Below, one piece after another: positions 34,785-48,687 of a stretch of DNA of 64,000 nt. The DNA lies in assembly GCA_002269645.1 (NCBI GenBank), contig NIVC01003294.1, positions 42,111 to 106,110 on the forward strand, given 5' to 3'. The translations under genes were made by a program, and so were the position numbers. Source of the DNA: Macrostomum lignano (Eukaryota). The notes beneath the pieces were generated by a model that saw only the letters and a list, made by a program, of their open reading frames with translations, was not told where the DNA came from and ran no database searches. Position 1 is the first letter of the stretch. Each line of letters begins with the position of its first letter.

Positions 34785-36782
34785 TGATCATGAGTTCAAG
34801 TCATCCGCCAGCAAAGTTCGTTCGCGTCGCAGTCAGTTCAAATTCAAGATCGAAGTTGCAAGCGTGTCAGTTGGCTGCGTCCGACGCTGCATGTAGCGCC
34901 TTTGGTGGACTGGCCGGCCGGAGGTGGCTCTTCGGAGACACCTTTGCTGGCGGCACCGGGTTAGTGAGCTCGTTAACAGCTGGTCCGTGTGCCGCCGATG
35001 GAGATGGACCTCAACATCGCAATTGCGGGATCCATCGGACACAACGCTGCCCTCCGCCCAGCAGGTGCCGCCGCCAGCCTTTTGCGTTGGAGCTGAAGTC
35101 GCGAAGTACAACTAGGTCGCCGACTTGAAACTGCTGCAGTGTCGCCATTGAGTGCCCACTCTTGAGCAGATTGCATGAGAATTTGGACAAACCTCCCGAA
35201 TTGCCGTTCGTTGCCAGATAGAACGTCGCTGAGAAAATGTGCCGAATTCGTTGCGCCTAGTGAACTCAATCAGCGCAGCGCAGCCGGTTTGCAGACAGCG
35301 AAGCACCTGACCGAGAATGGCGTCCGAGCGAGTGCTGCGCTCAACCGCCTGGGGCGTTAAGGCGGACCCGGTTTCCACACCCAGCAGCAAGGCGTTGAAG
35401 GCCGGCTCCTCCTCAGCAGCCAGAACAGCGATTCGCAGTTGGCGTGCTTGCTGGTGGGCCGGAACTCCAGCGAGTAGCCGAAACCGGCCAAGCGGATCGC
35501 CCATGCAGCGCTGCATGTGTTTTGATGGTTCATGCAATAAATTGAGTCTTCGCAGTACATAAGCGACATTTTTTCGGCTACTAGCCAAACGAACAAAAAA
35601 ACCAGAAGTGAAAACTCTCCCTGGAGAGCCTGACAACTATATTGCAATAATTTGACCAAAAATCAATTCCTATAAATAAATGGGGTGGGTGCTGCTGAAC
35701 ATTATACTCGTAAATGGGGGCTGGGCTGAAATGTACGTATACAAAAAATTATGATATGAAGAGTACGCGTAGGTGAATGAAAGTACAAGTACGTGTAAAT
35801 AAAGCCTTCTCCTAAACAGCATGCGAGCAGCCGCGTGCTCTGAAATCGCCTTGTTTTCGCCGAAGAAGCCTTGTTGTCGGTCGCGATTACGAACTTGCGA
35901 CCTTGGAGAAACTGGTTGAGGCGCTGGAGGCCGAACATGATCGCTATAGCGCCTCCTTGTCCAACTGCGAGTAGCCTTTTGAGCTGTCGTCAGGCTACGA
36001 CTGGCGAAGGCAGTTGTTCGATCTTTGCCGTCCACTCGGTGCGTCAGCATCACGCCGAGACGATATAGGGGCTGGCTTCGCACTCGAGCCGCAGCGGCAG
36101 CTTAACATCGTAATGCATTATGCTTCAGCTCCAGGGACTCGAGCAAAAGATGATTGGACTTCTCGAAGGCTTGTTGCTGAGGCTCCCCCGTGTCCAGCGC
36201 GCGTTCTTAGTCAGCAGCTGATTCATGGGAGCGACCACCGTGGACAGATGAGGCAGGAACTTGCCGTAGTGTGTCAAAATATGCCCTGGTAAGCTCGGAG
36301 CTGACTGCAGTCCAAGGGTAGCGAGGCGTCCTGCACCGTCGTCACCTTCGCCAGCGGCCGCAGTCCGTTGCTGTCGATCCGGTGGCCCAGATATTCGACC
36401 GAATAGCGGAACAACTTGCACTTGTCCTTGTTCAGCCGTATGCCCGCCTCCTGTAGGCGTTGAAGGATAAGGATAAGATTATCGCTATGATGCTGCAGCG
36501 TTTTGCCCGTCACCAGGATGCGAAGACACGCAGCGCTCCAGATCACCGAGTGGGGAGCTAGCGTGCGTTGGAGCCGCACTGGTTGGTGCGTTCAAGAAGG
36601 GCTTGTTGTCCTCAGACCACGGCAGCTGCAGGAAGGCGTCTGATATGTTCAGCTTAAACCATTTGCAGCCGCCACTACGCTTGCAAATAAGTCCTCAATG
36701 CGCGGCAGTGGGTACAGCTCTGCCCTGGATTATGTGTTATAGGTGAGCTTGTAGTCGCCGCAGATCCTCACCGAACCATTCT
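34785..36782 (-). mobile_element. Degenerate Ty3/Gypsy pol (RT, RNase H, partial integrase)
   Basis: Across frameshifts: CGDYK..YPLPRIEDL, ILVTGKT..LQRLQEAGIRLNKDKC..VEYLGHRID, CEASPY..LGVML..AFASRSLT..YSQLDKEALAIMFGL..TDNK; poly-G PPT-like tract near 34778-34783. Confidence 0.85.
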
Positions 36783-36789
36783 ATCGGCG

Positions 36790-38804
36790 CAGCCCAGTCG
36801 GAATGTTTAAGGGGCGTGATGATGCCGCCAATCTCCATCCTCAGTCTCCTCATCTCCATCGCCTGCCTGAAGTTCGAGCATTATCTGGCAGGCGATCCGA
36901 ACTTCACCGTCATGACGGACCATCGACCTCTTGTGCCGCTCTTCAAACCGGGGTCCCGCCCTCCGCCGCGCATCGAGCGGATGGCCCTCCGCATCCAGCA
37001 CCTCCGCTTCACTTTGTTGTACCGGCCGGGACCTGCCAATCAGGCTGATCTGCTGAGCCGCCAGCCGTTACCGGAGCCCAGGCCAAACATCGGCGAGTTC
37101 ATCGATGCAGCATTCGTCAGTGCCGTGTCAGCAGGTGCCGTGCCAAAAGGAATCCAGCCTTCAGCAGATCCGAGACTCTTCAAGGACTGACACGGAGATC
37201 CAGGCTGCGCTCAGCGCGATCAGAACCGGCAGCTGGAACATGCTCGACCCGGTGCAACGCGCACTAAAGTCCAGCAGCAGCGAACTTTCCGAGAGCGACG
37301 GAATTCTGCTCCGCGGAGATCTCATCGTTGTCCCCGAGTCGCTGCAGAGACCGATTCTGCAGCTGGCCCATACGGGACATCTCGGTGCGGACAGAACCCT
37401 GAAGCGACTGCAGACCAAAGTCTGGTGGCCAAAGATGCGCAGCGACTGCGAAGTATTCGTCAAGTGCTGTGTCGGTTGCCAAGCAGCGGCCACGCACGTG
37501 CACCAGACGCCTTTGAAGCCGACGTAGTTGCCGGACGGACCTTGGCAACTGCTCGGCATGGACTTCTACGGCCCGGTGCAAGGTCAGATGCTGCTGGTCA
37601 CCACGGACCTGTACTCCAAGTACCCGGAAGTCGACATCATGCAGTCAACGACGGCCGGCAACGTGACACCGCATCTGAGACGGCTGTTCGGTCGGCACGG
37701 CATCTCTGCTGAGGTCATCACGGACAACGGGACCGCCCTTTAACTCTGCCAACTTTCGCAGCTTCCTCAGCGGATACGGAGTTCATCATCGGCTCATCTG
37801 TCCACTGCATCCGGACTCCAACGGAGCCACCGAGCGTGTCAACAGCATGCATCGGGAAGGTGGTGAAGACTGCTGTCGCTGAAGGTCGGAACTGGAGAGA
37901 GGCCCTGGACGACTGGCTTCTGGCGTTCCGTACAACGCCTCACCGAGCAACTGGGCAGACTCCGGCCGAGCTCCTCATGGGCAGGCCGATCAACGACGGA
38001 ATCCGAGCCAGCAGACAGCCGAAGTCATCTGATGTCAGCCAGGAAGCCGTGAAGGACTGGAACAGGCGGTACACGCAGCAGATGAAGAGTGCGTTCGACA
38101 GGCGCACGGCCTCAAAGGAGCACCGCATCGTTCCCGGCATGAGTGTTCTTCGCAAGCAGCAGGCACGCAAGAAAACGCAGCTGCCATTCGAAACTCAGCC
38201 ATGGACGGTGCAGGAGATTCGAGGCGACACCTGCATCCTACGGCGAGGCCAGCAGTCTTGTATGCGGCACGTGACCCAGCTGCGGCCTCTGATGGAACCG
38301 TCGGACCAGTCCGCCGGCCAGTCAGCCGGCCAGCCAGCCGGTCAGTCTGCCAGCCAGACCGCTAGTCAAGAAGCAGAGTCTGTGGCTCAGAGACGGCATC
38401 CAAGAGCAGCCCGCGACACGCTGAAGTGCTATACGAGTTAAGTAATTGATCCGACATAACGATCAAGCTGAAGCGGTGTACTTCGTAAACAGTTAATTTT
38501 CTTTAGTTCGAAGTTTTTTTAATTCCTTTGGGGGAGAAGGCAGCGCCTACTATCGTGTGTGTTGGGGGGGGGGTTGTTAGCGGCTGCGCCACGTGACTCT
38601 GCTAGCTCAACCCTTATGCGTACAATATCAAATGTGCAGGGTGCGACTTTAGCCACCATTCTGACTCAGCTCAATAATTCAATAAACATACTGATCGCTA
38701 TTTTTCTCGCCTGCAAGCTTTCGGCAACTATCGACTACAACAAGCAGTCTAGCCTCGTTTCACTCACTACAGTCGGAAGGTCTCGCCTGTGTAGGTCTGC
38801 AACA
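36790..38804 (+). mobile_element. 5'-truncated Ty3/Gypsy element (RNase H end, integrase, probable 3' LTR)
   Basis: TDHRPL..NQADLLSRQP; HHCC zinc finger (HTGHLG..WWPKM..CVGCQ); rve core PWQLLGMDFYGP..SKYPEV..TDNG..SNGATER; G-tract followed by TGT(38575)...ACA(38804); several frameshifts. Confidence 0.85.
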
Positions 38805-39400
38805 CCGTGAATGTGGACGACAGACTGAGACCTGGCAGAGCATCCTCCTGGAAGCACTTCGAGATGATGGTGAGGGCGGAGCCAGTGTATCCACCTCGAA
38901 GCGACATGACTTGCCTTGGAGCAGCAGCTCGATCGATCGCCAGACCATTGCTCGACCCGCTCTGTCTAATGCTGAAGAGCTCAGCGGCTCTGGATTCAAT
39001 TTGTGCAGTTAGAACTACTACACCTTACGGATGTGCATGCAGTGCCCAACTTTTCCGTAGTTGTGGCACTTGGCCTCAAGAAGCTTGCACTGCTGCCGAA
39101 TTTTGAGCTCCAAATGATTGACGGGGACGACCTGCTTGTCGACCTCTTTGGCGCATTCTAGGCTGATTCTTGTGAAGGCAACTGCGCTTCAGCCTGGTGA
39201 GCCATCTCCGACGACGATCTTCTCCGCTGCTTCCAATGCGTCGACACAACAAGCGTCTTGAAGTCGGGCTGTTCAATCTCTAGCAGCTTTTGTACAGTGC
39301 ACGTCGCTGCGGAGACCGAATACAAGCTAGCTGGTCGCGCAGGCTAGCCTCTCGTCCAGATCGAGTGCTAATCCATTTGGATCCGTCTAGCTAATCCGTC
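38805..39400 (-). mobile_element. Degenerate Gypsy gag fragment, probably the 5' part of the minus-strand element at 34785-36782
   Basis: Across frameshifts LRDQLVFGLRSD..QKLLEIEQPDFKTLV and a decayed knuckle CSKASHVASRW. Confidence 0.5.
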
Positions 39401-39970
39401 CAGAGTTTGCAATGCACCGAGGCAGCTTTTATTCCAGTAAATACATACCTGCATCACATGTAATCGAGTGAGACTGCCGGGTTCCTGTACGCAAACGTGT
39501 TGTTGAAAGCTCGGAATCTGGCGGATAGCATTATTGAACTCTTGGAAGAATAATGTTCCTTCAGGACAGCAGCTTCTAAAGCTTTTAAGGTGTGACGATT
39601 AATGCGGTGGCCTCGAAAGTAATCAACGAAGACAAATACGGCAGATGCAAATTTATAGCGGTAGCACTTGATGATAATAACGACTGATGCGGGCGATGGC
39701 CGCAGACTTTATTTATTGTAACGTATGAGAGGACAGTTAAGGCTTGCTATTATTAATTCTGTCTGGGCGGTCAACAGAGATAGGTCAATTAAGTACTTGC
39801 TGGATTCATAAGAAATGCACTGGGCGGCTACGCAACAATAAGTTAGATGATAGACGATAGAGTGAGTCGATATGAGCCTGAGGCAATGGTGACGATGTGA
39901 TGGTGGTGAACGTACGGTGGCGGTGCTCGTAGCGAGAGCTCGTACAGACAGTAGAGGTGGCGTGACTGAG

Positions 39971-42712
39971 CCCAGTCAAAGCAATGCCGTTGCCTCGACG
40001 TCGCTAACACGTCGCAAAATAACGTCGCCAAACCAGCCATTTTGTCGCGCGCGGCGACGTCGCCATTACGACCCCAGGCGACGTCAGAATTTCACGTACT
40101 GGCGACCAAACGGCGACCATCTATTACAGATTGCTTAGCACCTTCAATATAGTGCAAATCTCGAAATCATAATTCAATTAATTTTTACCAAGATTATAGA
40201 TGAAATTAAACGAAGATTAATAAGCTACCTTGCTCTGGTTAAATATCTTGATTGAATTTATAAATTATTCAATATAATTCAATTAAAAAGGTTTTTTGTT
40301 GGTTAATTTAGTTATTATTATCAGAAAAGTAATTTTTACACAGTTACACTCAAAGACAAATGATTTTGAATTTACAAATGCATTTTGAAGTGCAGATATT
40401 TTACTCACTGAGAAGGGTCAAAGGGACAATAAAAAACAGTGTCAAACGAAATTGCTCCAGATTTTACTGTTAAACCTTACAACATGTTGGCAGCATAATT
40501 ATTACTTAAATCGAACCATTTCCTTCTCATCAAGTCCCCCTCGATTCAGACTGCAGAGAACTGGGTCCTGGAGCCGGCGACAGAACTGCACTGCATGCAC
40601 AGCTTGTGGACAAAGCAATTATGCTGCAATGAAATTTATCAGTACATTAGTGACAATTGGACTACAATGCTGAACATTATCATTTTACAACAGGAAAGAA
40701 ATATTAGTTAACAAAAATATGCATAGTGACAGAAGAACTAACCTTCGGGCTTAGATGGTAAACTGCCAGCAAAATCCTGCTGTTGAGAAATTGATGCCAC
40801 AAAGCGACAAAACAAGCATCTTTTAACAGTTTCTGAATTTTGCTGACATCTTTAAAGAAAACGAATGCAAAAATATATTAAGTTTCATTTTTCTAACTTG
40901 AAATATCTGACTTTAAGCATTAAGCATACTCACTATTCTTAAAAGGAAATGGTAGGACACTGAAAGCAGCCAACTTCACCATGGTCCTCCACATCATGAC
41001 TCAGATGCATCAGGAAATAAAGAAATGGAAGTTCCTGCACTTGTCCAGTTATTGTCTTGCTGATGTCCTGATGGACCTGCTTAATGCTCATGAATGTTCC
41101 TCAGGCTTTGTGTTGACATAATCTCTTTGGTATTCTGCTGTAATTAGCTGCAATTGCCTTATCTGATGCACATGATAGGAGCATAACATTATTTAACTTC
41201 TTGGGCAAAGAATGCCATCATGAATGCAAAATTTGATAAAAATATATTATCTGTATATAAGAAACAACAAATGAATATTTTTTCAAGGAAATACGTAGAA
41301 TAAAAGCTTATAAAAATCAATTTTAAATAATCTATAGGTAGCTATTATTTAATGTAAAAATTTATAGGGCCTAGGCCTTTTTAGTAAGTTACATTAATTT
41401 AATTATTAATTTATTAGATAATTATTTAAGATTAAAATAAGATTAGATATTTAATACTTTTATTCGAATTTTTTACTTTCTATCAATAAATTAAGGGATA
41501 AAAGGCAAAAAAAATAGGCTTACTTAAAAGCCAAGTTAGACATAGAAATTGGTCAAGTTTTCAAAGCAAAGTTTTCAAAGCATAAATTATAAAGCAATTT
41601 AAAAGAAATAGACAAAATAGGGCCTAATCAATGGCATGCTAATGGCAATCCCAATACATAGTCATTATAAAAGTATAGGCCTAAAAAATGAAAAAAAATT
41701 TATAAACTAACCTCTTAAATTCCTAATTAATAGTACATTAGACTAATTTTCAAAATATGAATTTTGGCCAAAGATTAGATTAAATAAAGTTAGGGCCTAA
41801 CTATTAACATTAATATGTACATTATTATAAATATAAACAATTTTTTAAATCATATCTTATTAGGCCTAGATAGCCTAGGTCTAGTCAATAGTCTACATTA
41901 TTAAATTAAGGCCTAACAATATAGTAGGCCAACTTAAGCTTATAAAATAAAGTCTCTATTATCCCCTTGCTTGTTTTCCCCTATTTAAAGTCAAATTTTT
42001 ATTGCTTTTTCCAAACCCAGCTTTCTAATGTCATTGTAGGGGCCTAAGCAGAATGATATCATTTGTGTACATAGCATCATAGGTTACTAAGGAACAGGCT
42101 CCACTTTATGAACTTGATTTGACAAGCCTTTTGGTTTGGCCAAAAACACAACACAATATTTATAGATAGGTAGGCATAATTAAATTAGGTTAGCTCATTA
42201 AGATGTAGACAGCACAAAGAAAATGGTAAATTTGAATAATCGTTAAAGACAATTGACCACAGACCTCTATCATCTTATAAATATAAGGTCATACAATATT
42301 ATACCACACAAGGTAAGGTACAGAGATCAAATACAGAATTAATTATTTAGCTATTTGCTTCTGTCTGTCACTATTAATCAGTAAATTTATTTATTGTCAA
42401 AAGAAACAGTTCGTATTTTGCTACTTCGATCAAGAAAATTTTACTATCCATCGTATAACAAACAAACAAATAACCTTCGTGTAGAAATAAAGGATAGTTC
42501 AGCTCAACTAGTTTAAAAATTCATAAAAAGTTATTCCGATTTAAGTAAGGATATAAGATCTTCTATAGCATATCAAATAATTTTTGAATAAAAGCCTACG
42601 TCGCAAGATGACGTCGCCCCGACTAAAACAGTGCAACCAATATTTGCCCGCGACGATGGCGACCAATGGCGACTTCATAGCGACGTCGAGGCGACGTACT
42701 GCCTTGCTTGGG
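39971..42712. mobile_element. Second non-autonomous EnSpm/CACTA-like element (CCC...GGG, 2-bp TSD AG)
   Basis: Imperfect ~35-bp TIRs ending in GCCTCGACGTCGCT; AG on both flanks; subterminal GCGACGTCGC/GGCGAC repeats; AT-rich interior with no ORF. Confidence 0.8.
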
Positions 42713-44009
42713 AGACTTGGCAGAGGCGAGGTAGAACCGGCGGAGAGAGAGAAGGCAATTAGCAAACAAGGAGTGCCGGGGTGGCAAAGGTCTACAGGCG
42801 GGGACGCAAAACCAGACTAACCCCGAGCCCCAGCCAGACAGGACTGATAAGGAGCGGGCTGGGGTGGGTGCGCGAGGAGAACTTAATTTCAGACTAACAT
42901 AATTTATGCGCGACTTTTCTATTGGCCTGCGAGAAAAACAGAAATTATCGATCGCGTACTGTACTGAGGCTTTACAAATGTACGCAAGTTGTTTAAAATT
43001 ATTTGAGCAATTTTAATCAGACGTGAAAGTACGAGACCAATAAATTAACAATATTATAGTTTGGTACCGTATGCTAAAACGGCCCTTGACGGGGCTACTT
43101 AAACTGACAACGTCACAAAGGCTTATAAAGCTTTTAAGGCTTCTAAAGCTTCTAAGGCTTCTAAAGCTTCTTAGGACAGCAGCTACAAAAGTTCTAGGAA
43201 AATTTTGTTTAAATATTTTTTTAAATTAAAAAAAAAATTTTAGATCATTACGGTCCCATGTTTTAAAATCATCATGCATGCATTTTATGCTCAATTTACA
43301 GGTCTTATTTTTACTTTCTGCATCGCTTGTACTTCTTTAGCCTGAATGATTTTATAGGATGGGTGGTATTTCTATTATGTGAACGAGCCTCGCCCTCGGC
43401 GATTGGAGACATTACAGAAGTGAAACCAGGTAAAGTTTTAGATATATTTTAGATACCAGGCATAGGCCTAGCATATATTTTAGATATGCCTAAACTTTTA
43501 GCTATATATATTATACTAGATGATGTAAATTGAGTCTTTGTAGTGTAGTAAGTAGCTATATAAGATGTCATTTTACTATTTTATAGCCATTAATATAAAA
43601 TTTCTGCTCTAAAAATAACTGCTTGTTACCATTTGACTTGGAAATATCTATTTAATATTTCCCAATATAATATTTTAGCATTAGCTAGGCTAGTTTTAGA
43701 GTATCTCATTTACTGACTAAAACTATTAGTTTGGGTTTTCCCATAACCAAAATTTTCAATATAGCTATATCTACCTTGGCTAGCCAATGGAAGCAAAAAC
43801 CAGGCACTTAGGTTTAGCTATTGTAGAGAATATTTGCCAAATTAAGCTATATTAGCTACTTTTTAGCTTGTGTAAAAATGCTATAAGTTTTGAAACAGTA
43901 GCTAAATATTAAGGCTGTATTTGTGTGTATGTATTAAAATGCATAGTTCCTGATTTAGATTTCTATTTAATTTTGGTCTAGGCCTATGCTAAGAGCACCA
44001 GCATGTGTA

Positions 44010-44192
44010 CAGGGGCATAGGGAGGAGAAATGGATGTATCCCCCTAAAGAGCTAGACCAAAACTTTTTTTGTTGCCCTTTGTTGCTATATATGTTACCAT
44101 GTGACTGTCATAACAGTTTTACCTTGGTGTATCCCCCCATAGAAGATTTATCTTGGTGCATCCCCCGTAGGAAATTCCTGGCTAAGCCCCTG
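44010..44192. mobile_element. hAT-like MITE
   Basis: TIRs CAGGGGC(A/T)TAG; perfect 8-bp TSD CATGTGTA. Confidence 0.85.
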
Positions 44193-46295
44193 CATGTGTA
44201 AAGAGAGCATAGCTACATATGCTTTATGTACTTTATCTTAGCTATTCTATAATATTTGGTATATTCTATTCAAAAAGGCAAAAGCCATGAGAAGATTCTG
44301 TTGACTATTCAGTGCATTTTGCTTCTTATCTTAATGGTCTACCTTTAATACAGTCTTATCTCTTTATCCTACTTTATCCTACTAAAAAGCCAAGCAGTCC
44401 CTTTGTCCCAAAGAGTTCCTTTTAAAATGATATGCAACTACTATGCTTGGCGCTGCCATTTTAACAAGCTCTTATTGTAAACAATAAAACTTCTTAAGAT
44501 TTTTTATTTTTCTTTCATATGCACAAGAAACCAAACCAATGACTCAATTACAAAACTATAGTATAGTGTATAACATGCCTTAGCGTAAAATACCGTCATT
44601 TTTGCCAAAAAATGAAATTTTTCGTGTGATTTTTTTCTAAAGCCCTATATACACGTCAATTGAGATTTTCTTCAAAGAAAAAGTGCTCCAATCAAATTAA
44701 AAGATGTTCAACAACTATTCTATTGCTTTTCGCTTAGGTAAATGCATTGGCTTCGATAATGCTTTCGTTTTTGTTGGCGGCAAAAATGACGGTAAAGAAA
44801 AACCGTCAAGTTTGACACGATATCTTCATTTTTGCCAATAACTTTACTATGATTTTATCGCCAATGTATTTTGTATGGAATTACAAAATTTTTAGGGAAA
44901 TCTAAGCCTGCCTATCCTGCATTGATAACTGAAAAAATGAAATGAAAATAATATCTCAGTTTCTCATAAAATAATACTTACTAAATAAAGATTTTTTCAT
45001 ACATGTGCGCTTAAAATTTTTCCAAAAAAGAATCGCTAAATCTTTGAAACAATTTTTGTTTCGAAAATTCTGATAAAATTACAAAAAATATGAATGCAGT
45101 TACTAAAAGTATACTAGTTGCGAGTGTTTTATTGTCAGCTAGTAAGCAACACTGCAACACAAAATTAGTCTCAATATACTAAATCTGACGTGTTGTTTAT
45201 ATGTGTGTAGTGTGTTCGATAACGATCCTCCCAAAGACCTAAAATACTGCCAAGTCAGCGTTTCTATATCTAAAGCTGAGAGGGTTTAACGCGTATGATC
45301 TCTTCCTAGCCGCCTGCAATTCAAATTCGGGACTTATCTACATGTATATATATATTATACTGTATATATTATATAAACTCAAACCTAATATTAGAATAGT
45401 GTCCCAGTAAAAAAAAGTCTGCACTAAAACAGGCGGAAAAAATAATTTAATTAGGACCTTAAGGTGTCAGGCAAATACTGTACTATGATTTATCTAACAT
45501 ATTTATTATATTGACACTAGCTAGAGCGCACAACCGCGACCCACTGCATTAACCCATTGTTCTGTAGCATTACAAGCGCAGCCCCCCGTAAGCAGGGGCG
45601 TAGCGAGGGGGGTATCGGTGTATCGGCCGATACCCCCAAATTTCCAAAGCAAAAATTTTTTTATTTACTTTTTTTAGTTGCAAGTGACCGTTAAGGAAGA
45701 GAAAGGTATCCGAATCGATAGAATAACAATTAACAAACGAATAGAGTGATTATATGTAATAGTATCATTAATAGCTTGTATGCATTAGAAATACATTAAG
45801 GCCTAAGGGGATGTGTGGATCTCAAGTCATTTCATTGCTTTCTTTGTACTCGTATAACTTGGTCCTTGGACAACTATCAACTATCAACTCATTCTCCCTA
45901 CCGACCAACCGACTATTAAGGGGTGAGGGGGGTGAGTGGATAACCGAGGGGGTGGCCGGGTGGGACTGGGGCGTGGCCCGTGGGCAGTCTGCCAGCTGAG
46001 CCAGTGGAATCAGTGATGAACAATGGGGTGGGTTGGCCGCAAGTTACAAGCCAACAGCCCCCCTCCCGGCTCCCGGGGCAATTCGCGTTCAATACACAAC
46101 ACAGTTTTGAACACTGAAGCAAGCCATCAAATCCAACGGCGGGCGGGAAGTCCAGCAGCGAATAAAACTTAAAACGTCTAAAAACGCTCAACATTTCGAC
46201 CAATACTATCTGCTTCTAAAAAGGAACTCATCCAATCGCAAGGCAGCGGGCTGAATAAGAAGCTTTCATTCAAAAAATATATATACATGTATGAA

Positions 46296-46822
46296 GTCAA
46301 CGAATTCAACCCAAATTTGCCAAGCCGGATCAGCAGATTAGCGGCTAAATTTCTACAGGCTACTAGACAGCACTGATACATGTATGATGCAGAAAGAATT
46401 GTTTAAGTAAGTCAATCGGCTTCCAAGATATACAAAGGCGGAGAAATAGCCATCTTATAGTGTATTTAGATAGGAGAAAGTCAACGAATTCAACCCAAAT
46501 TTGCCAAGCCGGATCAGCAGATTGGCGGCTAAATTTCTACAGGCTACTAGACAGCACTGATACATGTATGATGCAGAAAGAATTGTTTAAGTAAGTCAAT
46601 CGGCTTCCAAGATATACAAAGGCGGAGAAATAGCCATCTTATAGTGTATTTAGATAGGAGAAAGTCAACGAATTCAACCCAAATTTGCCAAGCCGGATCA
46701 GCAGATTAGCGGCTAAATTTCTACAGGCTGCTAGACAGCACTGATACATGTATGATGCAGAAAGAATTGTTTAGTAAGTCAATCGGCTTCCAAGATATAC
46801 AAAGGCGGAGAAATAGCCATCT
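46296..46822 (+). repeat. 184-bp tandem repeat, ~3 units
   Basis: GTCAACGAATTCAACCC recurs at 46296, 46480 and 46664. Confidence 0.95.
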
Positions 46823-48507
46823 ATGCATAACTACTCAAAGCTGCTTATAGTTTAGCTAGCTAGCTATCTAATTAATAATCAGGCACTCATACTAATTGTA
46901 GGTTGGTGCATGTGACTGGGCAAGGAAGTCTTGAGACCTATAACTGAAATTTGAAATTTAGCCTATCTGATGAAGGAGGCAGCAGATATTTTAGGCGTTG
47001 TGAAATTTATGCGGTGATATGAAATTTAGGCGTTGTGAAATTTAGGTCTTATGAAAGCGTTCCACTTTTCAGGTCTGGGTCTTTTCTGCATATAATGGCT
47101 TGGAAAGGGTTAGAAAAAAATTAAATAGCTATAGCTAGCTACGCATTGTCCAGCTAGCCATTGGAAAGAGAAGTAATGGGGAGAGCAAAGTAAGAGGAAG
47201 AAAGCTTTTGTTCAGACCGGGAGAGAAGTTTAGCCAAGCTCGAAGCAGTTCAGTTTGGTATAACTTCGGATGCCACGTACGAGTATGAAATCCTTCACTT
47301 AGATAGCTATCTAGAATTTTATATGGTCTGGGTAGGGTTGTGTATCTGCTTTTTTAGACTTTAGTCTAGAATCCGAGACGGACCCAAGAGTCTGAAAAAC
47401 GGATTGGCCCCACGCAAACAACTATTCACTGTCTAGGAAGGGCACTCTTGCCGTTCGCTACTACTAAAATTTCCTTAATATACTAAGCTCCTAAAAATAC
47501 AACAGTGCTTCGTAAACATTAACATCATTAATATTACTAACTCGTAATACAAAAATTAATATTTTTAAGAATACATACTAATTATAAATAATTCCTGTTG
47601 CCATGATATTCCTGGTTGGTTACTAACAAGCCATGAGAACTAACCGTGAAAAGCTTACTCAAATTACTAATCTTGCGCCCCAATTGCCCAGAGAAGCAGG
47701 AATTGGGGAGATATTTTATAGAAGTGCCCGATTCATTAGCTATTAAATTTGACAATTTAATGACTTGTACGCTCGTCTCAAAAGCTATGGATCGGGGCTA
47801 CTGTGAAGATCCCCCGCAATACATCAACTGCAGCTCTCTCAATTAATGTATCACTTAACTTTTCCAATGTTCTTATGATCCATGAATACCCGGCCAGAAG
47901 CAACTCTCCGTAAATTATTTCAATAACAATAACACAAACACTCTGTAAGCATTTGATACAGGACATAATTCTGTCAATATCGTTTTCATGCTCTGAAAAA
48001 CAAAACTAAAACAGTATGTACTTTGATTATAACGGTTTGCCAGAAAAGCTTCTTTGATCACATTGCTTTCTAATAGCTAGCTTTAGAAGCAAAATCATAG
48101 CTTTAGAAAAGCTCAAGCCGACCGGTAGGCTAGAAATAGAAGGACGGTAGAAAGACGGAATAAAATGTAATGTATAATATCAAAGCGACTAGTACTATAG
48201 CGTCTTTAAGTAAGGACTGTATTATAGCTGCTGGTTATTGCTAGCTATAGACAATGATATCTCGATAGCTAATTAAAACTGACTCAGAAAGCAAAGTAAA
48301 ATTTCTTTTTACTGTAGCAGCTACCAGTTGTGGCCCTCCGCTTAGAAAAGATATTTATCTTGCTTTTAAAGGCCCCTGCGTTGTGTCTTGCTTTTCAAAC
48401 CCACCCTAACCGATTCACAATAGAAAATAATTTTCTATACGTGGGCAGTCCACCGGTAAAAATACAGTGAATAGCTAACGCCACCTATCTAAATATAGCC
48501 TGTCTAG

Positions 48508-48683
48508 CAGTGGCAAAGCCAGAAATTTTTTTCATTCAGCTTTTTCACTCTTCTGGGCCCATTCAGCACCCAGGTTAGGGGGTATAGGAGGGCGGGTTTT
48601 TTCTTGGGGATTTCAGAAGGTGGAGCGATTTTTTCAGGAAGGTAAATTTCAAGGAAGGGGCAGGCCCCCCGGCTGCGCCACTG
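48508..48683. mobile_element. hAT-like MITE inserted in a 184-bp unit
   Basis: TIRs CAGTGGC(AA/GC)AGCC; 8-bp TSD CTGTCTAG/CTGCCTAG (1 mismatch). Confidence 0.7.
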
Positions 48684-48687
48684 CTGC

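Noticed and set aside
47646-47966. Possible transposase remnant inside the 5.9-kb TIR element
   Set aside because: Short ORFs with no recognisable DDE or zinc-finger motif.
45593-48683. One large hAT element from CAGGGGCGTAGC (45593) to GCTGCGCCACTG (48683)
   Set aside because: No matching TSD; the right end pairs better with 48508, which has its own TSD.
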